NCBI GenBank assembly: GCA_003344405.1
Contig: NOWV01000132.1
Coordinates: 1 to 64,000, forward strand
Length of the DNA: 64,000 bases
From: Trichoplax sp. H2
Taxonomy: Eukaryota
Reading direction: 5' to 3'
Positions 38,982-54,294 of the stretch are shown piece by piece (the first letter of the stretch is position 1; the number at the start of each line of letters is the position of its first letter). Both the position numbers and the translations under genes were made by a program. Under the pieces are notes generated by a model. It was given only the letters and a program-made list of their open reading frames with translations. It searched no databases and was not told where the DNA came from.

Positions 38982-39418
38982 TGTCACAAACCAGCTTCGT
39001 GACAAGGATAACGTAAAACAAATCTCTAAATAGTCTTCCGGAATTCAGTATCCCTTAACTACCTCACAAGAATTTAGACGCCTTTGATTCTACGTTAAAC
39101 TCAACTAGACAATTGAGAACTACTTTATTCAAATATCTGACGGGCCTATATACCCTTCTACAGCAGCTAACATTCACAAGTCATCTTATAAAAATACTTG
39201 GGTGAGAACATCTACTAACTAATTTTTCACAGTCGGACTACAATATGTCCATTCACAGAATCATTTCAGAGCACATTATAGCACAGCATTAAATTTACTG
39301 TAACACATTTATAATTAGAGTAATTCCTATAGTAAGTAACTAGTTGTAATATAATATCACTATATTATATTAACCAAATTTAGATATCTATTTCTTCACG
39401 GTAGTTCGTACCGTGACA
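38982..39418 (-). mobile_element. Solo-LTR-like element, family D
   Basis: TGTCAC...GTGACA, perfect TSD AGTAC; highly similar to 57177-57618. Confidence 0.92.
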
Positions 39419-39478
39419 AGTACATATAAGCTTATATCGATATTCAAGATAAAACTCCTTTAATTATTGTAGTGCATC

Positions 39479-40028
39479 TGTGATATATACCAATCACGAA
39501 ATTCCAAATTTTAGAAAAATAAGGGCTTTATTCAATCTTATACAAAGATTAACTACACAGCTCTACTCTAGCCGAATACTACTTCTAAAGACTTCTACAA
39601 CGAACTAACAGAATAATCTAAAGTTGCATGCTTTTATACTTTTCGTAGCATTCACAGCTACAATCCGCATGGCAACCTTTTACCTTATTTTACACATAGT
39701 TAAATTATTCTTAGTAAGACTATTCTACTGCGGACCATCATTAATCCAATATAGATACGACTACAGTACTTACGTAGACATTATTCACACCAGCCAAAGT
39801 ACAATGAATTAACCATACCCTAATATATGATTTACAGTTCTATTTCTACCTATAGCCATATTAGTAACTCCACAGCTTACTGTATATAGTCATCTGTACT
39901 CTAGCATAGAGTCTCTACCACTACAGTCTATAGTTACAGCTACCAAATATCTCTTAGGATAAATATCTAACGTACATTATACTACACATGGCTAACAGTC
40001 TACAATCACAATACTAAGTTACATTACA
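39479..40028 (-). mobile_element. Solo-LTR-like element, family E
   Basis: TGT...ACA, perfect TSD GCATC; highly similar to 17547-18098. Confidence 0.92.
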
Positions 40029-40180
40029 GCATCATTTGCTCTGGCAGTTGTGTCACGAGAATATACTCTTTCCGCTGGTGTTTTTCTAGATCCAATCACA
40101 TATGATCGTTGACATAGGTTAGGTCTTTCTTGGGGGTGTAAATAAGAATATCAGTAAAGACGGAATGTAAATAATATACT

Positions 40181-40803
40181 TGTCACAAAACAGCTTTACA
40201 ACAAGATAATGTAACGTACGATCAATAAGTCAATTCCTTGTACCACGTATCAAGGAACGATATCTGCACTATCATAAACACTTTTGCTCTACTAGCAGAC
40301 TACACAAAGACTTAGACGCCTCGTATTTTACATCGAACACTAAGTTTGAGAATCCTCTTTATTACACGATATACTGCATTTATATACTCTTTCTCAATAG
40401 TTCATGAGTCATAGTTAGTACGATTAACTTTGGAATCATTTACTGAATTAGATATTAATTATAGCTATTGCTCCCTTAATGCAGACAACAGTATTTACGA
40501 ACATAGACATCTGATGACTAATACAGAATAGTCAGATTACGATATGTCCTATCACGGAACATTTCCACGATAATTTACAATCTACCATAAGTAAGTTATA
40601 ATCACAATGATTCGAACTGTAAGTAGATAATCTGCATTCCCTATTATAACTATTAATTCAGTATGCGTATAAGTGTCATAAAAAGTCAATGCTATATTAA
40701 AACACAGTATATCCTAATTAGAAGTTAACTAAATAAGGAAAGGCTAACAGAATTATCCTAACATAGATATTTCTACTCTAATACAGTATGTAACACTGTC
40801 ACA
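40181..40803 (-). mobile_element. Solo-LTR-like element, family A (623 bp), inverted partner of the 36357 copy
   Basis: Termini TGTCACA at both ends on the + strand; flanks ATACT/CGGTT are the reverse complements of AGTAT and AACCG. Confidence 0.92.
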
Positions 40804-43800
40804 CGGTTATGTAGATGAAAGCTGTATAATTACAGAATAGCTAATACATAGTACGACTGGGTCGGAATGAACAAGGACAGCCGGCAAACATTAATTTTTT
40901 TGGACGGTAGATGAATAATTTATGATTTCATTGCAACGGATACTACCCATTCAAAATGTAGATGAAGTCCCAACAATACTACTTTATAAATTAATTATCA
41001 GAAATTTCGTAAGAAATATTATTAAGCCTTAACTCTCGCAAAACTGCACAATCAACTTCTGAATTGCAATTTCTTTCCTAACTCAATACAAGTACTGTTC
41101 TACAACTACTCCAATAAATTGATTGACCCATACTTTCCTCTCGACAAATATTTTATAACCACAAGTTTCGTTACAATATTGTAATATAGAATAGTACGGT
41201 ACTTACCAAAAGATAACTATTTCAAGTACAAACTATTCCAGGCGGTTAACCATTCAACGACGCTCGAAAGTATAGGTATTACAGTATGTAGGATGTTAAA
41301 ATTTTATTCAGCAAAAATTGTCATGATTGTTACGACGAATAAGTTATCTAATACCCTATAGATCATACTAAAATCTCAAAGCAAAAGCGTGTTTATTGCA
41401 CAAATGATGAGTATAACTTTACCCGATATCTAATGTAACCATAACAACAGAACTGAATTATTATATGTAAGAGATATATAATGCAGATACATCATTTACT
41501 ATATTCATTATTTAAAATCTCAAATATTAAGATCATTGCCAATATTTCCTTTCTAGTTAGGTTATCAATTACTATAATCTGCTCATACTCTTCGTCTAAT
41601 ACTAGAACAGTATCTACAAGCGATCTCATTAAACTCGATCTACTTCACTTTGGCTGTTACCACATTATGAGGGTAAATTGTTGGATGGACGGGGTCAAAA
41701 TTTAAATTTTAGATTCAATTTTTAAGATTCGTAAATTAATTAGCGTTATTTCAGATAACTATTATTCTAGTACATCTACTAATCCCTATTATCAATATCT
41801 ATTATTATTAAAGTAAAAGCAATTGATTTACATTAATTATAACGCATAAATTATTGCAAAAAATACTATATGAAAAATTGTATGATGATCCTAGATCAGT
41901 GTGAAATAAATATTGAAGTAGCTATAACAGAGTACTAATCCTATTACTCTAAATAATGGAAATGAATTAAGAAAGCCAGATATAACTAAGTTAACGACAT
42001 TTGATTCTTACTCCAAAATTGTATTCTATATATCTTACTTTCAATAAATTAGCTAGTATGCAAAATATTATCGTGAGATAATTCCAATTCCAATTGAAGA
42101 AAACACGTGTTTGTGGTAGTAGGCGCTGGAATTAAGGATGCAGATATTAATTAATTATTAAATCTAAACTAGGGATAAAAATATTTTTCCAATTCATGCA
42201 TGAAAGAGCTAAACAAGTACTTAGCTATAGCTTTCCACTATTCTATTCATTCAATTTAATAACAACAGGTATAATGAATATAAATACTTAAAAGTAGACT
42301 GACTCAAACTCGATGCTTAACACCTTTTTACATCGTATAAATTTCTAACAAAGATACGAAAACGAATATAAAATAATTCTTAACAGACAATTCGGTTCAT
42401 TCCATTCATCAATTTTTCTCTCACGATGTAATATATATATTTCTTAGTTCAATTAGGTTTACGAATGATTAGTCCCCTATTGCTACTTCATTTTTTATAC
42501 GTATTAACTACAAAGTCAAACAGAATTCGTACAGCTCTTAATCGAAACTACTGTCATTCCTTTATTTTGCTAAGCTTGAAAAGCCTTGGTAGCCTATCTA
42601 AAGTGAATTTTATCTAGAGCTACCGTAGATCGCTTATGAAAGCAATTTAGTCGTTTTAGCATGCAAATGTAATTTTTTATATGTTAAAGATGAAGTTCAT
42701 TTTTTTTTTCATAAACAGCCGTGTAACAAATTTATCAATCGATGCTTATAATTATATCCAATTCGAAAACGTTTAAAGTGTGCCATTAAGAAGGTATTAC
42801 TAACTCTTGATATATATACAATTCTTCTATCCTTCAAGATCATTCTAAAGCAGAAAATGATCTAATTTAGCTATATTAATCTATAAGATGTAGTGACTAC
42901 ACTTAAAAATACGCCATCATTACTGCATATAATGTAGCTACGCAACAAATCTATCGATTGATCCTGTTGATTATATCCAATAAAAAAATGTTTAAAATAT
43001 GTTATTAAGAACTGTAGTAAAGCTAATTGTTAAGAGCATGAACAGCTAATTATGTTAAACTACACGAGCACTGCATCTTACGGCAGCTCATATTAGCAAT
43101 TTGGGTAATAATTAAGAACTCAACTTCAGTGCTAAACTTGCGGTACTACAAGATGGTACTACAAGCCCTTGATATGTAAGTAAATTCACCTACCCTTAAA
43201 GATTTATTGGTAAACAAAAATGATTTAATTGAGCTGCGTTAAGCTATTTGATGTAGTAATCTCAATTACAGAGACGCCATCACCGCTGAATATCTTTGTG
43301 AATTGGTAAACTTCTGATAGATCCCAAACGTGATCTTATGATACATTAATGTTTAATTATACCTATCTTGAGAGTCACAAAGTAGTCACATTGAAGGGAT
43401 TACCATTAAGGTGAAATATAGCGTACTAGAAATTAGTATATCTGCGATCATATCGAACTAGAGTCTTAATCTAGCATAATTTTTCATAGTAATAAAATTA
43501 TGTATTCTTTATCTTTTATAAAATTTTATATGGTTTAATCATATTAACGAGTAAACAAGAAATAATCATACAGTGATTAAAGATTAAGTAATAAGAAAAC
43601 GAATATTCTCTACATAACTGCTATGATAATGATTAGAGAATTTTCCTAATTCACGTTACGGCAATATTTATCATCCATACATATACAGTAATCATCTTGA
43701 GACGAGATACGTACTAATCAAAGCTTCAGAAGCGATAGAGAGACTAATGATGCTTATTTAAGCTAATATTCAATGTACTATGCAACGAAATATCACAATA

Positions 43801-46800
43801 CCATCACTTTACAATTACTTCCATGACTCATGCAAGTATACTCCACAAATACAATTAATGGAATAAAGCGACTCATCATCACATGCTTATATTGTACGAT
43901 CATAATACAAAAAATTTACTATTTCTTTGCCATACTAGAATGAATTTCAAAATAGATGCGATTATGCCCAAATAAAGGTTAAAGAATAAATCACTTTTAC
44001 TGCAATAACATTGAAATATCAAAATAATTCGGTAACTTTGCGAAATTTGAATACTACTCATATATCAAAATTATCTAATCCCTAAGTTAATATATGACAG
44101 CACAGTATCTACCTAAGGTTGAAGTAAATTATTAAACGTTCGATTATGAAATTGAATTATTTATAATCAAGCATAAAGTACGATATAAATCCGCCTTTAC
44201 AAAGTTTCATGCCACTTTTGTGACTTAACTTAGCACATGAATTACAATCGCATTATTGACTTTCAAAATATTATCGAGTAAATTGTATTATCTAGTGAAA
44301 CTAAAGCAGACAGTTTCATTAATTAACAAGGCGTCCATTCGACGAAAACAGTTATTATCTTCAGAAAGATCGCACCTCTACTGATCTTTTCCATAATAAT
44401 ACTACGCAGCTCTTACAGTCAATAAAAGGAGATATTTAAAGTTACCAATTTTACAAGCTTCTTATTTCAAGTTTTGAACTGATTGAGAGCATTCCCTATA
44501 AAGTCAAATCACAACTAAATTGCGGTAGAATTTTGATAAAGTATATCAAGATTTTAGTTGAGGGAAGGTAAGTCTAAGTTTTTAAGTACATTTCGGTAGA
44601 ATATAATTTCATGGATTTATATTTCGACTGTTTCTTTCCTTCCACAGTCTTTTAATACATTTATTGTATAAATTAGTCGAATTATCTTACTAGATGGTAC
44701 AAGATTATCGTAGTCTTAAAAAAACAGCTTGGCACAATTGATGATTATATATATTATAACAATAACATAACATGTATAAGTATTGTCAGGAATATTGTTA
44801 TATTAATAAAATGCACGGTGACGATGTTCTCTTCGCTACCGATATTGTAAAAACGAAGATCGTTAAAATTTGACGATATATACGATAATATATATTTAGA
44901 TATATTTATTACTCTATTTTAGTCAGAGATAGTCTTATTAAAGCCATATTGCCACAATCAGATTTTATAGGTATCTATGAAGGAATTAAATTAAACTAAA
45001 GTAAAAGTCGTTTAAGTTAAGAGATTTCTCACTAGTAAATTCAACTTTGTAAACCTTTAACGTTGTCTAAAATTGCTAAAATATTACGAGCACAATTCAT
45101 TAGTTATTTTTTCATTCTTTTCATTTTTGATATCGTCATCGGTATCAACCATTGTCTGTTTAATACTTTAACTTAGATCAATAAGCAGATTGCCACGATA
45201 TTCGCATTACTACAGCATATGGAAAAACTGATAACAATTAGCATTACTGAATAGAAAACTACATATTGCCAGCGCTGATATTATTAGTATAGAGCGAGCT
45301 CAGCTCAATACCGTATAATGCTTAGCCTATATCAATATACGAGATGCTACGGATAAATTTATAAAGACTAATAAGCTACTTAAAAGGGTAAATCGGATGA
45401 AATCATGCATTGTTACTATTCATTCATCTATCAAGACGCACATTGCAAAATGCAATATACATTAAGGATAACAAATCTACCGCTCGATAAATTGTCCTTT
45501 TAAAAAGCTAAAGACAATTAAATACCCGTAAAGACGCATTCATTATCTCTATTACCTTAAAACGTTGCCTTTAAGATCAATTGTAATTAAGGCTGCTCAA
45601 AGCTAGAAAAATCATGTTAGTTAATTATACGTAATTATTTAAACTCCAAATTCAGGTAATACTGATAACGGTTTGATCTTTTGGAATTCTAACTATCCAT
45701 GTCAACTTCCAAGAAACAGCTATCGAAGTAGATATTTTAATAAAGGTGAGAAATGGAGAAACGGGAAACATGTTCATCTGTATAGTATTAAATACTTAAA
45801 ACGATGTACTTTAATAACTAAATCGATGTAGATGTCATTCTTAACGCTTTCCCTTACATATCATAATCACTAATACCTACCATCCTTTTAAATATAGAAA
45901 AGCATCAGTTACTGCGTCTAAATTTATGATCTTAAACCCAAAACGTTAATTCAAAGATTCATACACCATAGAGCATCAGGCTGTAGTGAAGATAGTCATT
46001 CTGAAGTTCTCTGAGGATAAAACTAAGTTCACCATGGAATAATGAGGCCAACAATAGTTCTGGCTAGCTCTGACTCATGAATTTAAATAATATACTGAGA
46101 TTAATCTTTAAAATTATCCTACAATACAAATTTGAGAGAAATTTAAATTTCAATTTTTCGGCATTATTACTAATCTAGCGGATCCAGTTACCATATTTGT
46201 CTTTAAAGATATTTGGTATTACTAAGAATTAGTACCAGTTAGTCACTGAAGTATCATCCATAAGAACAGAAAATTTATAGACATAAATTATTGAGCCATA
46301 TCTAAGCTTACCAAATACTAAAATTCTATATACCGTGCATGAATCCTCATCAAAAAAGTGGCATAATCAGAAAAAAAATAGTCGTCGGCAGAAAAACTGG
46401 TTCATTTTATCTCCATACTCTAATGATGCGCCAAAGAAAATATCAATCGATAATGTTATTATCCGAATCCTGCAGTACTTTCTTCCGCTACCTGCATTTA
46501 GTTAGGTGTTGCAAACATACTTTTCGACAGGGCAAAAAGGTTGTTATATTGAATTTTACAGATATCGTGCAATCGCTAATCGTACAGTATATATAGACTA
46601 TATATCATGAAGCTAATCCTTTCTCGACAGTAAATTATCGATATCCAATCTCTTAGTGGACTCATTAAGTGATTTTTAACTGGAAATACTATCTTATATT
46701 TTTATATAAGATAAAATAGTTTTAATTTAATTGAGAAATACCAAGAAAAGATGCATTATTCTTATCTATAATACGCTACTATCTCTATCAAGATCACGAA

Positions 46801-47585
46801 AACATTCAAAATATAGAAAATCTGTTTTGATGTCACTTCCTAGCAACACAAGCGCTAATTGCTAGCTTTTCGTCTGCCCTTGGCGAATACAGGACATATT
46901 AAATATTTATTGGATAACAGTATCGTTTGTAAAACAAAGACCTAGCTTATTTGTCAAATATTCTTTAAATTAGTATTTAATTGAAAGCCTTACTAGAAAG
47001 AGAAGATAATTAATTATTTAAAGTGTGAAAACTTTTCTTTCCTTCATCCTAGATTATAAATATCACAATTGTAGTCCATGGCTATTGTTAATCAAGTATC
47101 GAGACGAAATTTATAAAGTGGAAGCAAAGAAACCGTTATAATTTGGCATATACGGCTAAAATTTATAATTTAATAATTATCAGCTATAGCACGGATCTAC
47201 CGTATTTCTATTAGAATTATAATTGTTAAGAATAAAAATTACAATTCTAATTCTTAAATTTCAATTTTAAAATAACAGTAGCTTCAACACAATCATAAAA
47301 CCCACTCGAAATATTAACATCTTTAAGTGATTAATCGAAACTCAGTATTTACTGCTAAAATATCTAACAACATTAAATTTACGAAGAAGATTTAACCGGG
47401 ACTGAAGCTCAACATTCTCTAACCGTAGACTGATCTTGCTTATCTATTTCTTATCATGAGTATTTCAAAAGGAATCTAGCAATTTTAATCGAAAAAAATT
47501 TGGTCGCTTAACCTATAACATCACCGAAGGATTTAAAAATTAGCTTTTGTAGACTTTTTGTGAATACTGAAAGATATCTGGTAAG

Positions 47586-48584
47586 ATGCCTGATAACGAA
47601 CAAGCAGCAAGTAACATTTCACAACCACCATTTAATCGTCATCAAATGGCAGCAGTTATTACGGCTCCAGTCTTAATGACTAATATAATCTTAATACTTC
47701 TAATTTCTACACAAAGAAAGTTAAGAACACCATCGAATGCTATCGTTTGCAATAGCTGTATAGCTTGTCTCGTATTAGGAATTATTCATATTGTTAGTGC
47801 TGCTATTTCTCTCAATCAAATAAGTCAAACAGAAAATATTGCTTTATTTTGCTTCTTTAATGAATCTACCGAACTAGCTTTATCTGGTGTTGTCACATTT
47901 CATATCACCATTTTAGCTTTAGAACGTTTCTTTTCAGTAGTTTATCCATTTAAATATGAACGCCTTACCACAAATAGGAATATTGCAATCTTATTATTAT
48001 CTCTTTGGATTATTCCAATTTGTGTTATCTTCATACCTGTGACGGTAACATCGCTAAGTATTGGTGGTAATTGCGATGAATGGTCTGAGATTCCAAGCGT
48101 ACGAGTTGTTTTTCTTTACGTACTCTTCCCTTTAGTTTTATTTATCCCTTCAATTATTACTTTACTGGCATATTCGGGTATAATGTATAAAATTTATATC
48201 ATTACAAGTCAAACCTGGTCACAACAAACTTATACCAATTATCAACGAAATAGTTCACGTTATCAATTGATGGTTGGCCATAGGAAAGCATTATTTCAAA
48301 TGCTTATACTTCTGACGGTTTATTCTTTATCCTATTTTCCTTTTTACGCCTTCTATGTTATTTACATCGAATCCAATCGTCAAATACTTGCAACAGCCGC
48401 TTATGTCAGCTATTTAGTAGCAATTGCTTATTTAAGCTTTCATCCCATTTTAATCATGTCCTTTACTGCAAATCTAAAAGAAGAATTTGGCAAGCAATGT
48501 CATCGCCTACTTTTCCCCTGTTCATCCCACTCAACTAAGAACAAAATTCATGTTTCTACATTTATGACCAGTACAGCATATTAA
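47586..48584 (+). CDS. Orphan rhodopsin-like 7TM GPCR, paralog 4 (332 aa), closest to paralog 2
   Basis: PFNRHQMAA, LRTPSNAI, LERFFSVVYPFKYER, C.EWSEI, HRKALFQM, HPIL. Confidence 0.95.
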   Translation: MPDNEQAASNISQPPFNRHQMAAVITAPVLMTNIILILLISTQRKLRTPSNAIVCNSCIACLVLGIIHIVSAAISLNQISQTENIALFCFFNESTELALSGVVTFHITILALERFFSVVYPFKYERLTTNRNIAILLLSLWIIPICVIFIPVTVTSLSIGGNCDEWSEIPSVRVVFLYVLFPLVLFIPSIITLLAYSGIMYKIYIITSQTWSQQTYTNYQRNSSRYQLMVGHRKALFQMLILLTVYSLSYFPFYAFYVIYIESNRQILATAAYVSYLVAIAYLSFHPILIMSFTANLKEEFGKQCHRLLFPCSSHSTKNKIHVSTFMTSTAY

Positions 48585-51500
48585 AGTCCAGATACAATGA
48601 ATCTATCCATTTCAGTTAATAAAGAAATAATAATTAAGAATAGCATTAATTTGAGAAGCCCATATTGGAGATTATAACCCTATTAATCAATTCATAATCT
48701 GCGAGGAATTTCAGCTTGTAATACTTTCTTCATGTTATGCATGCATACTAAATACCAAAATAATCACTATCAAATGCCACCGATCTATACTAGATGGCAA
48801 TAATCAACAAGGAAACAAAGAACAAATGATTAATATCATTTACATAATTAATATCAGCGGTACAGCTTAATTTCTTTAAGCATATCGAAACGATTATTAA
48901 TAAATTCGGCATCGCATTCATACACTAATCCTTAAAATGGATTAATGATCGCCGATAACGGTTATTTTAACTGTTTTAATTAGAAATTTCATTCGGGTAC
49001 TATTGCATGGAAGCCGATTTTGTATTCGATCATTCTATCCTGAATATTAGATAGCACAATTATAAAGAAATAGTTGAAACTATGAAAAAAATAATTTGTT
49101 TCAATAATTATGATTATTAATAAACGCCAATTCTTTCCATCTTTATTTATCACTTTGTAAGAATTATTATTCCGTAAAGTGAATTTATAAATAAGCTAAT
49201 AGGGCAATAATTAATACATGAGTTAGAAAAATATGGTATTTTAGTTTAGTTTTGTAAAATAAATAAGGTAATCAAGATTATAAATACTAAAATACTTTCA
49301 CTAATTTATTCGTAATTTGCGATAGTCATCCAAATTATCATTCATTTTAACCTGTAAATTATCTCAATAGTCATTTTTTACCTTCTAATATGCTTCTACC
49401 ATAAAACTAAAGCGTAAAAATAAAATTTTTGAAAATCATAATAAGGCAATAATCTTTCTAGCAAAATTCATTGAACTATGCAAATATAAGTCTTTATTTC
49501 AATTTCAAGTTCTTAAATGACATCATAAGCCATTAATCTCCAGTACAGCTAATCTTCTAGCTAACTATTAACCAGTTAAGATAATGATTTAAGCATGATT
49601 TTAAAATCGAGTTCTACATTTATTATTTTCTCTCAGTCACTTGTAATAATATTCAAGGTTATAGTCATTGACAGCTCTAAAAGAAGCAAACCCTGACTAA
49701 TAAATCTTGAATTATTTTATGTTAATACTGCTCAACTATTTCAATGAGAGCATGGCAAAATTCACTACGTAAGGATATTAGTAATGTAATAATATCCATA
49801 ACCCTGCCTAATCGTGTACTGTAGCATGTCTATTTTCTGACAATCGTTATGATTGCATTCAATTTGATTAACGAGTATTAAAAAAATGATCTACCAGTAC
49901 ATATATCCGTCTGAAGGATTCATGTACGAGTACACAGTAATATTTTTGAAATTTATAAAAGCATAACTTTTATAATTAATACCTAGAATAATTTATATCA
50001 AACGGATAAAATCATTAATAAAGGATGATTTATGGGATCTACCCTATTATTTCTCATTCTGATCAAAGTGATATCTAGATCTTTTGTTTGTAGTTATTAA
50101 ACTTCGATCTACATTCTACGCAAAGTTCATAATTTGATCATAGTTTACCTATACGCGCTATGGATACCATCTGATATTGCTATTTCCAAAGCAAATATAA
50201 TTTATTTTTTCAGGATATAATACAACTGATATAAATTAAGTATAACCTATTATCTTTTATTGTATAAGTTCTGAAATTACTATGAAAGATACAAATCTCA
50301 AGACTATATTTCAACCAGAAAAGCCCATCGTCGGGCATTTATCACCTTGTCAAGTATCTCTTATCAGGCTTAGAATGAAACATGAGTATAAAGTTGTGGA
50401 CATTTACTAGATTATTGATAGAATAGACTATCTGCAGCATTTCGCAATAACACAAAATTACTTATTAAGATGAGGTATCATGAATAAAAAATGGTTCACA
50501 GTAGGGATATTAACACCGTAAATATCAACTATGGAATAAGATCTTAACGGTTTTATACATCAGAGCAAAATATAGTCCATTCATTTTGAATATATTCGTA
50601 ACTCTTGTAACAACGGTAAAGGTATTCTTATACTTTTGTTATAATTTATCCATAATTTTTATGCGTTCTATAAGCATAGTTAGTACGCTGCATTGTTTTT
50701 TTTCCGTGAAATAGCATAGTTTGTGGCAGTAACTAGCTGGAAGTTTTAAAATTTACTATTATAGCTAACATATAACGGTAACATACTTGTAGTCCCATTT
50801 ATATTGCTCTCACTAAAAAAACAAACTGATCTTAGAATATTTTAATAGATGATGCCGACCAAGGTACTAATACAAATTTTGTAACCTAAATAAATAAATT
50901 AAATTATATACATTTAATGCCTGAGTTACATAAATAGTATTAATCGAGGGGCTTCTGATTAAATATCCTGTGATAAAGTTGTTGTTTTCTTGCAAGTAAG
51001 CAAATACGAAGAAGTAATGCTAACGATATCGAAAGCTCACGACAACTATAATGAAAATTTGATAAATCAGAAAGTCAAATTTGATGATCTCTAAGCAATA
51101 AAGCCTGAAGTAGATATACACTATAACAACTGATTTAAAAATTCTTTATTAATTTGTTCAGCAATCTGCAATACCAAATCTTTTACAAAAATTATACGGA
51201 ACAATTTTATAGGGCTCTTTAATCTGAATATCTAGACATACGCTCATGTAAACAATGGCAATCATTTCTGTTGAATGCCAATGCTGGTGAATGCTTGTAT
51301 GCTCCAATTTAGCTTTGATTAATACCATCACGGTGAAATTATCAATAAAACATAATTATCTCACCTTGATTGAATAAGTAGCGGTACCAACTTCAATTTA
51401 TCTTGTTTATTTTGAAGATACTAACCAAAATATGTTACTCCATACATCGCTATAGTATATGCAATAAAGTATTATTACAGTAAAATAACCTATTTTTGCA

Positions 51501-52821
51501 GGTAGAGTTTTGGGAACTACTTGATAAGATTACGGTAAAGAGCTACTGGTATATTTCATATATGTAGAAAATCATAAGCCGCATAACTCTAGAATTATGA
51601 ACGATCTCATATTTCGGACTTTTAATACAACTAAACGTTCAAATTCCTTCGACAATCCGTATATATACATTGACTTATTAAACATCGTCTGACTCAAAAA
51701 GTATAACTTTTTATTTCCAGAAATTGCTAAGAATTCTTCTTTAGTTTAGTTTATAACAATGATATAAAATTTAAAGTAGCCATCATGGTTTTGACGCCTA
51801 GTATGCTTATAAACCGCATTGCCTTTATTATAATGGACAATCGAACTCGCTCAAGGTTTACAATTCTACCATATGGTATCGCACTTATTGACTAATTACT
51901 TTACTAGAGAAGGATCTACTGCATGTACTCACAATTATGGTATCATCCTTTATTATCAATTACTAGCTAATGCAAAATAAATTTCAGGTTTCATATTTAT
52001 TATAAGCGAAATTTGATACATATCGAGTGAAAATGACTTCTGAGCTTAAGCCAACGTGATGCGCTATGTTTTGATCACAATTATCAACATATGATCTGTG
52101 CATGAAGTTAATTTCAAGGACAAAACTACCTGCTCTGGTTTATAGTGAATATAACTCAATTCGATGTTGCCATGAACTGTTGCTTTGCCATGTTGATATT
52201 TAGCATGGTAATTTTCAGCACTATTGTCAAAGATAAAATTTTTCCCTTCACGTGTACAGATAGCTCTGTCTTCAAATATATGATATGATAATGATCATTG
52301 GTTAAAATATATTGAACATTCCACATTTTATGTTTCAGGCTAGCATAAGAACTAATTTTACTTACCTCTAAAGAAGATTAATCGTAAAATCGAATCCATG
52401 AGATGAATTTAAATTGGTATTAACTTGCTAATTTTGGAAAGAGTCGGTTAAAAGAGCCATCTGAAATCTTCGATAACAGTATAGAATTAATAATACTTTT
52501 AATACATAATCGCATTTACTTTTATAAATGGTAGTCCAAATTTTCTACCCGCTTTATCTAACTATTATCACCAGTAATTTGTGCAAGCATGTTAAAAACA
52601 ATTACTTGTCCTAGTTGCCGTAAATAACTCTATCAGTGACGAAAATCTACAGTAAATTAAAATCTGTTCAATCATAAATTTATTAGACAATTACTTAATT
52701 TATAGATGCCTATGGAATTACGAGTAATTCAAAACTAGCTTCCATTCAAAAAAAAGTCAGTACGGAAACTTGCTGCATCAATATTATAATTTTTATGCTT
52801 TATTGCCAAAAAATATGAAGC

Positions 52822-53408
52822 TGTCGCGGTACGCCGTTACTAATTAAGTATCTGTTGATTAATGAATGCTTATGAATAGATAAGATAAGGTTATGTGCTA
52901 TGTTTAATGCGCATGTAGCTGATAATAGGATGGTAGAAATGAGATAAAAATAGAAGTTGTTAACAGTTAATTTACTGTAGGTTTGTAAGGTGTGTTACTC
53001 TCTAAAAATTGAGCCGTATATGGACGAAGGTTAAGCGTCTTAACATCTGATAGCTTGTAGCTATCTAAGTCTGAGAATATCGACATGTATATTTAGTAAT
53101 GGTATTATACTAATTAATATAACTTGTAAAGTATGAATTCTCACTCGTTAATATTGGAATTCACTGTAGAAACCCATTTAAGCGCGTGTGTTTGTAGAAT
53201 AAAGTTAGTAATTGCTCAAGAAACGGCAAGACTCATATCGTGAAGAATAGTGTAATAGTTAGTTAGTTGTCTGTGGAGATCAGCCGAGAAATCGAGTTCT
53301 CAAATACTTCTCTCATAGAAACTGAAAGTACTAGGAGAAATAGCCCAAGTTTTAAGTAACTACACTAGAGTTCTTTACTTTCCTTTGCTACAAGTGAGGA
53401 TTGTGACA
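52822..53408 (+). mobile_element. Solo-LTR-like element, family G
   Basis: TGTCGCGGTAC...TTGTGACA, perfect TSD GAAGC, AATAAA 53198; homolog at 7327. Confidence 0.88.
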
Positions 53409-54294
53409 GAAGCTTATACCGAATTCGGTTGCATAGAGCAACGTAAAAACGTATTAGTCATTTTAGTACCGCATACATTGTAATTTAATCAAATTATGAT
53501 CGGCGACTTTAATCTTTAATTTTTGAATTTCGACTTGTCAAAACTTTTGCAGAATTCTCAAAAGTGATCAGAACTTATGGGACAGCAGCAGTCGACCCTA
53601 CATTTCTATAAAATGTCCATTTAATGTTTGTAAGACTTAGACTTACATTAATCCTTTATAATATTTAGTTTCAACTCAAGTCAGCAAAACATTAATCTGT
53701 ACCGAAGTTATTTCGCGACTAATACGTAGAAATCTATCGCAATCCCTCCAGTGGCCAAAAGTAAAAAGAGTCATATATGTAAAACAACAATAATTAATCT
53801 TTTCAGCATCTCATGAACAAACTAAGAATAAAAGTACTGTACCAGTCCAAACATATTAACAAAATATATTTTATTATTTGTAAATACAACTAGAGCAGAT
53901 GGTCCACATAGACTGTAGCTAGCGTCTCTCATGACTACCTTAGCCTGATAATGGAACTTTGACGATCAAAAATAAAATTTATGTTTTGAGGAATACAAGT
54001 ATTATAATATTCAAAATTTTCATGGCCTGAAACTGACACATAAAAACTAACTGATAGATGATTCCATACTATACCTTTATTTTTTCTCACAATATGAGAG
54101 TATTGCTAATTATGCCCTTTTATGTACCGCAATCGACTTTTGTAATCGATTATACTATCATATTTGAACCAAACCGGTAGTTTATTTTATTATACGTATA
54201 GTTAGATATGCTCAAAGACGTGATGGCTAAATGAAATCAATACTAGCAGAATACCTATTGAAGTTTAGCTAGAAAAATTTGATTTTTATGATGC

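Noticed and set aside
17547-40028. Family E (or D) direct repeats read as paired LTRs of one giant element
   Set aside because: Each copy has its own separate TSD.
36357-40803. Full-length LTR retrotransposon, or DIRS-like element with inverted LTRs
   Set aside because: The interval has no coding capacity and holds other solo elements; the swapped TSDs point to an inversion.
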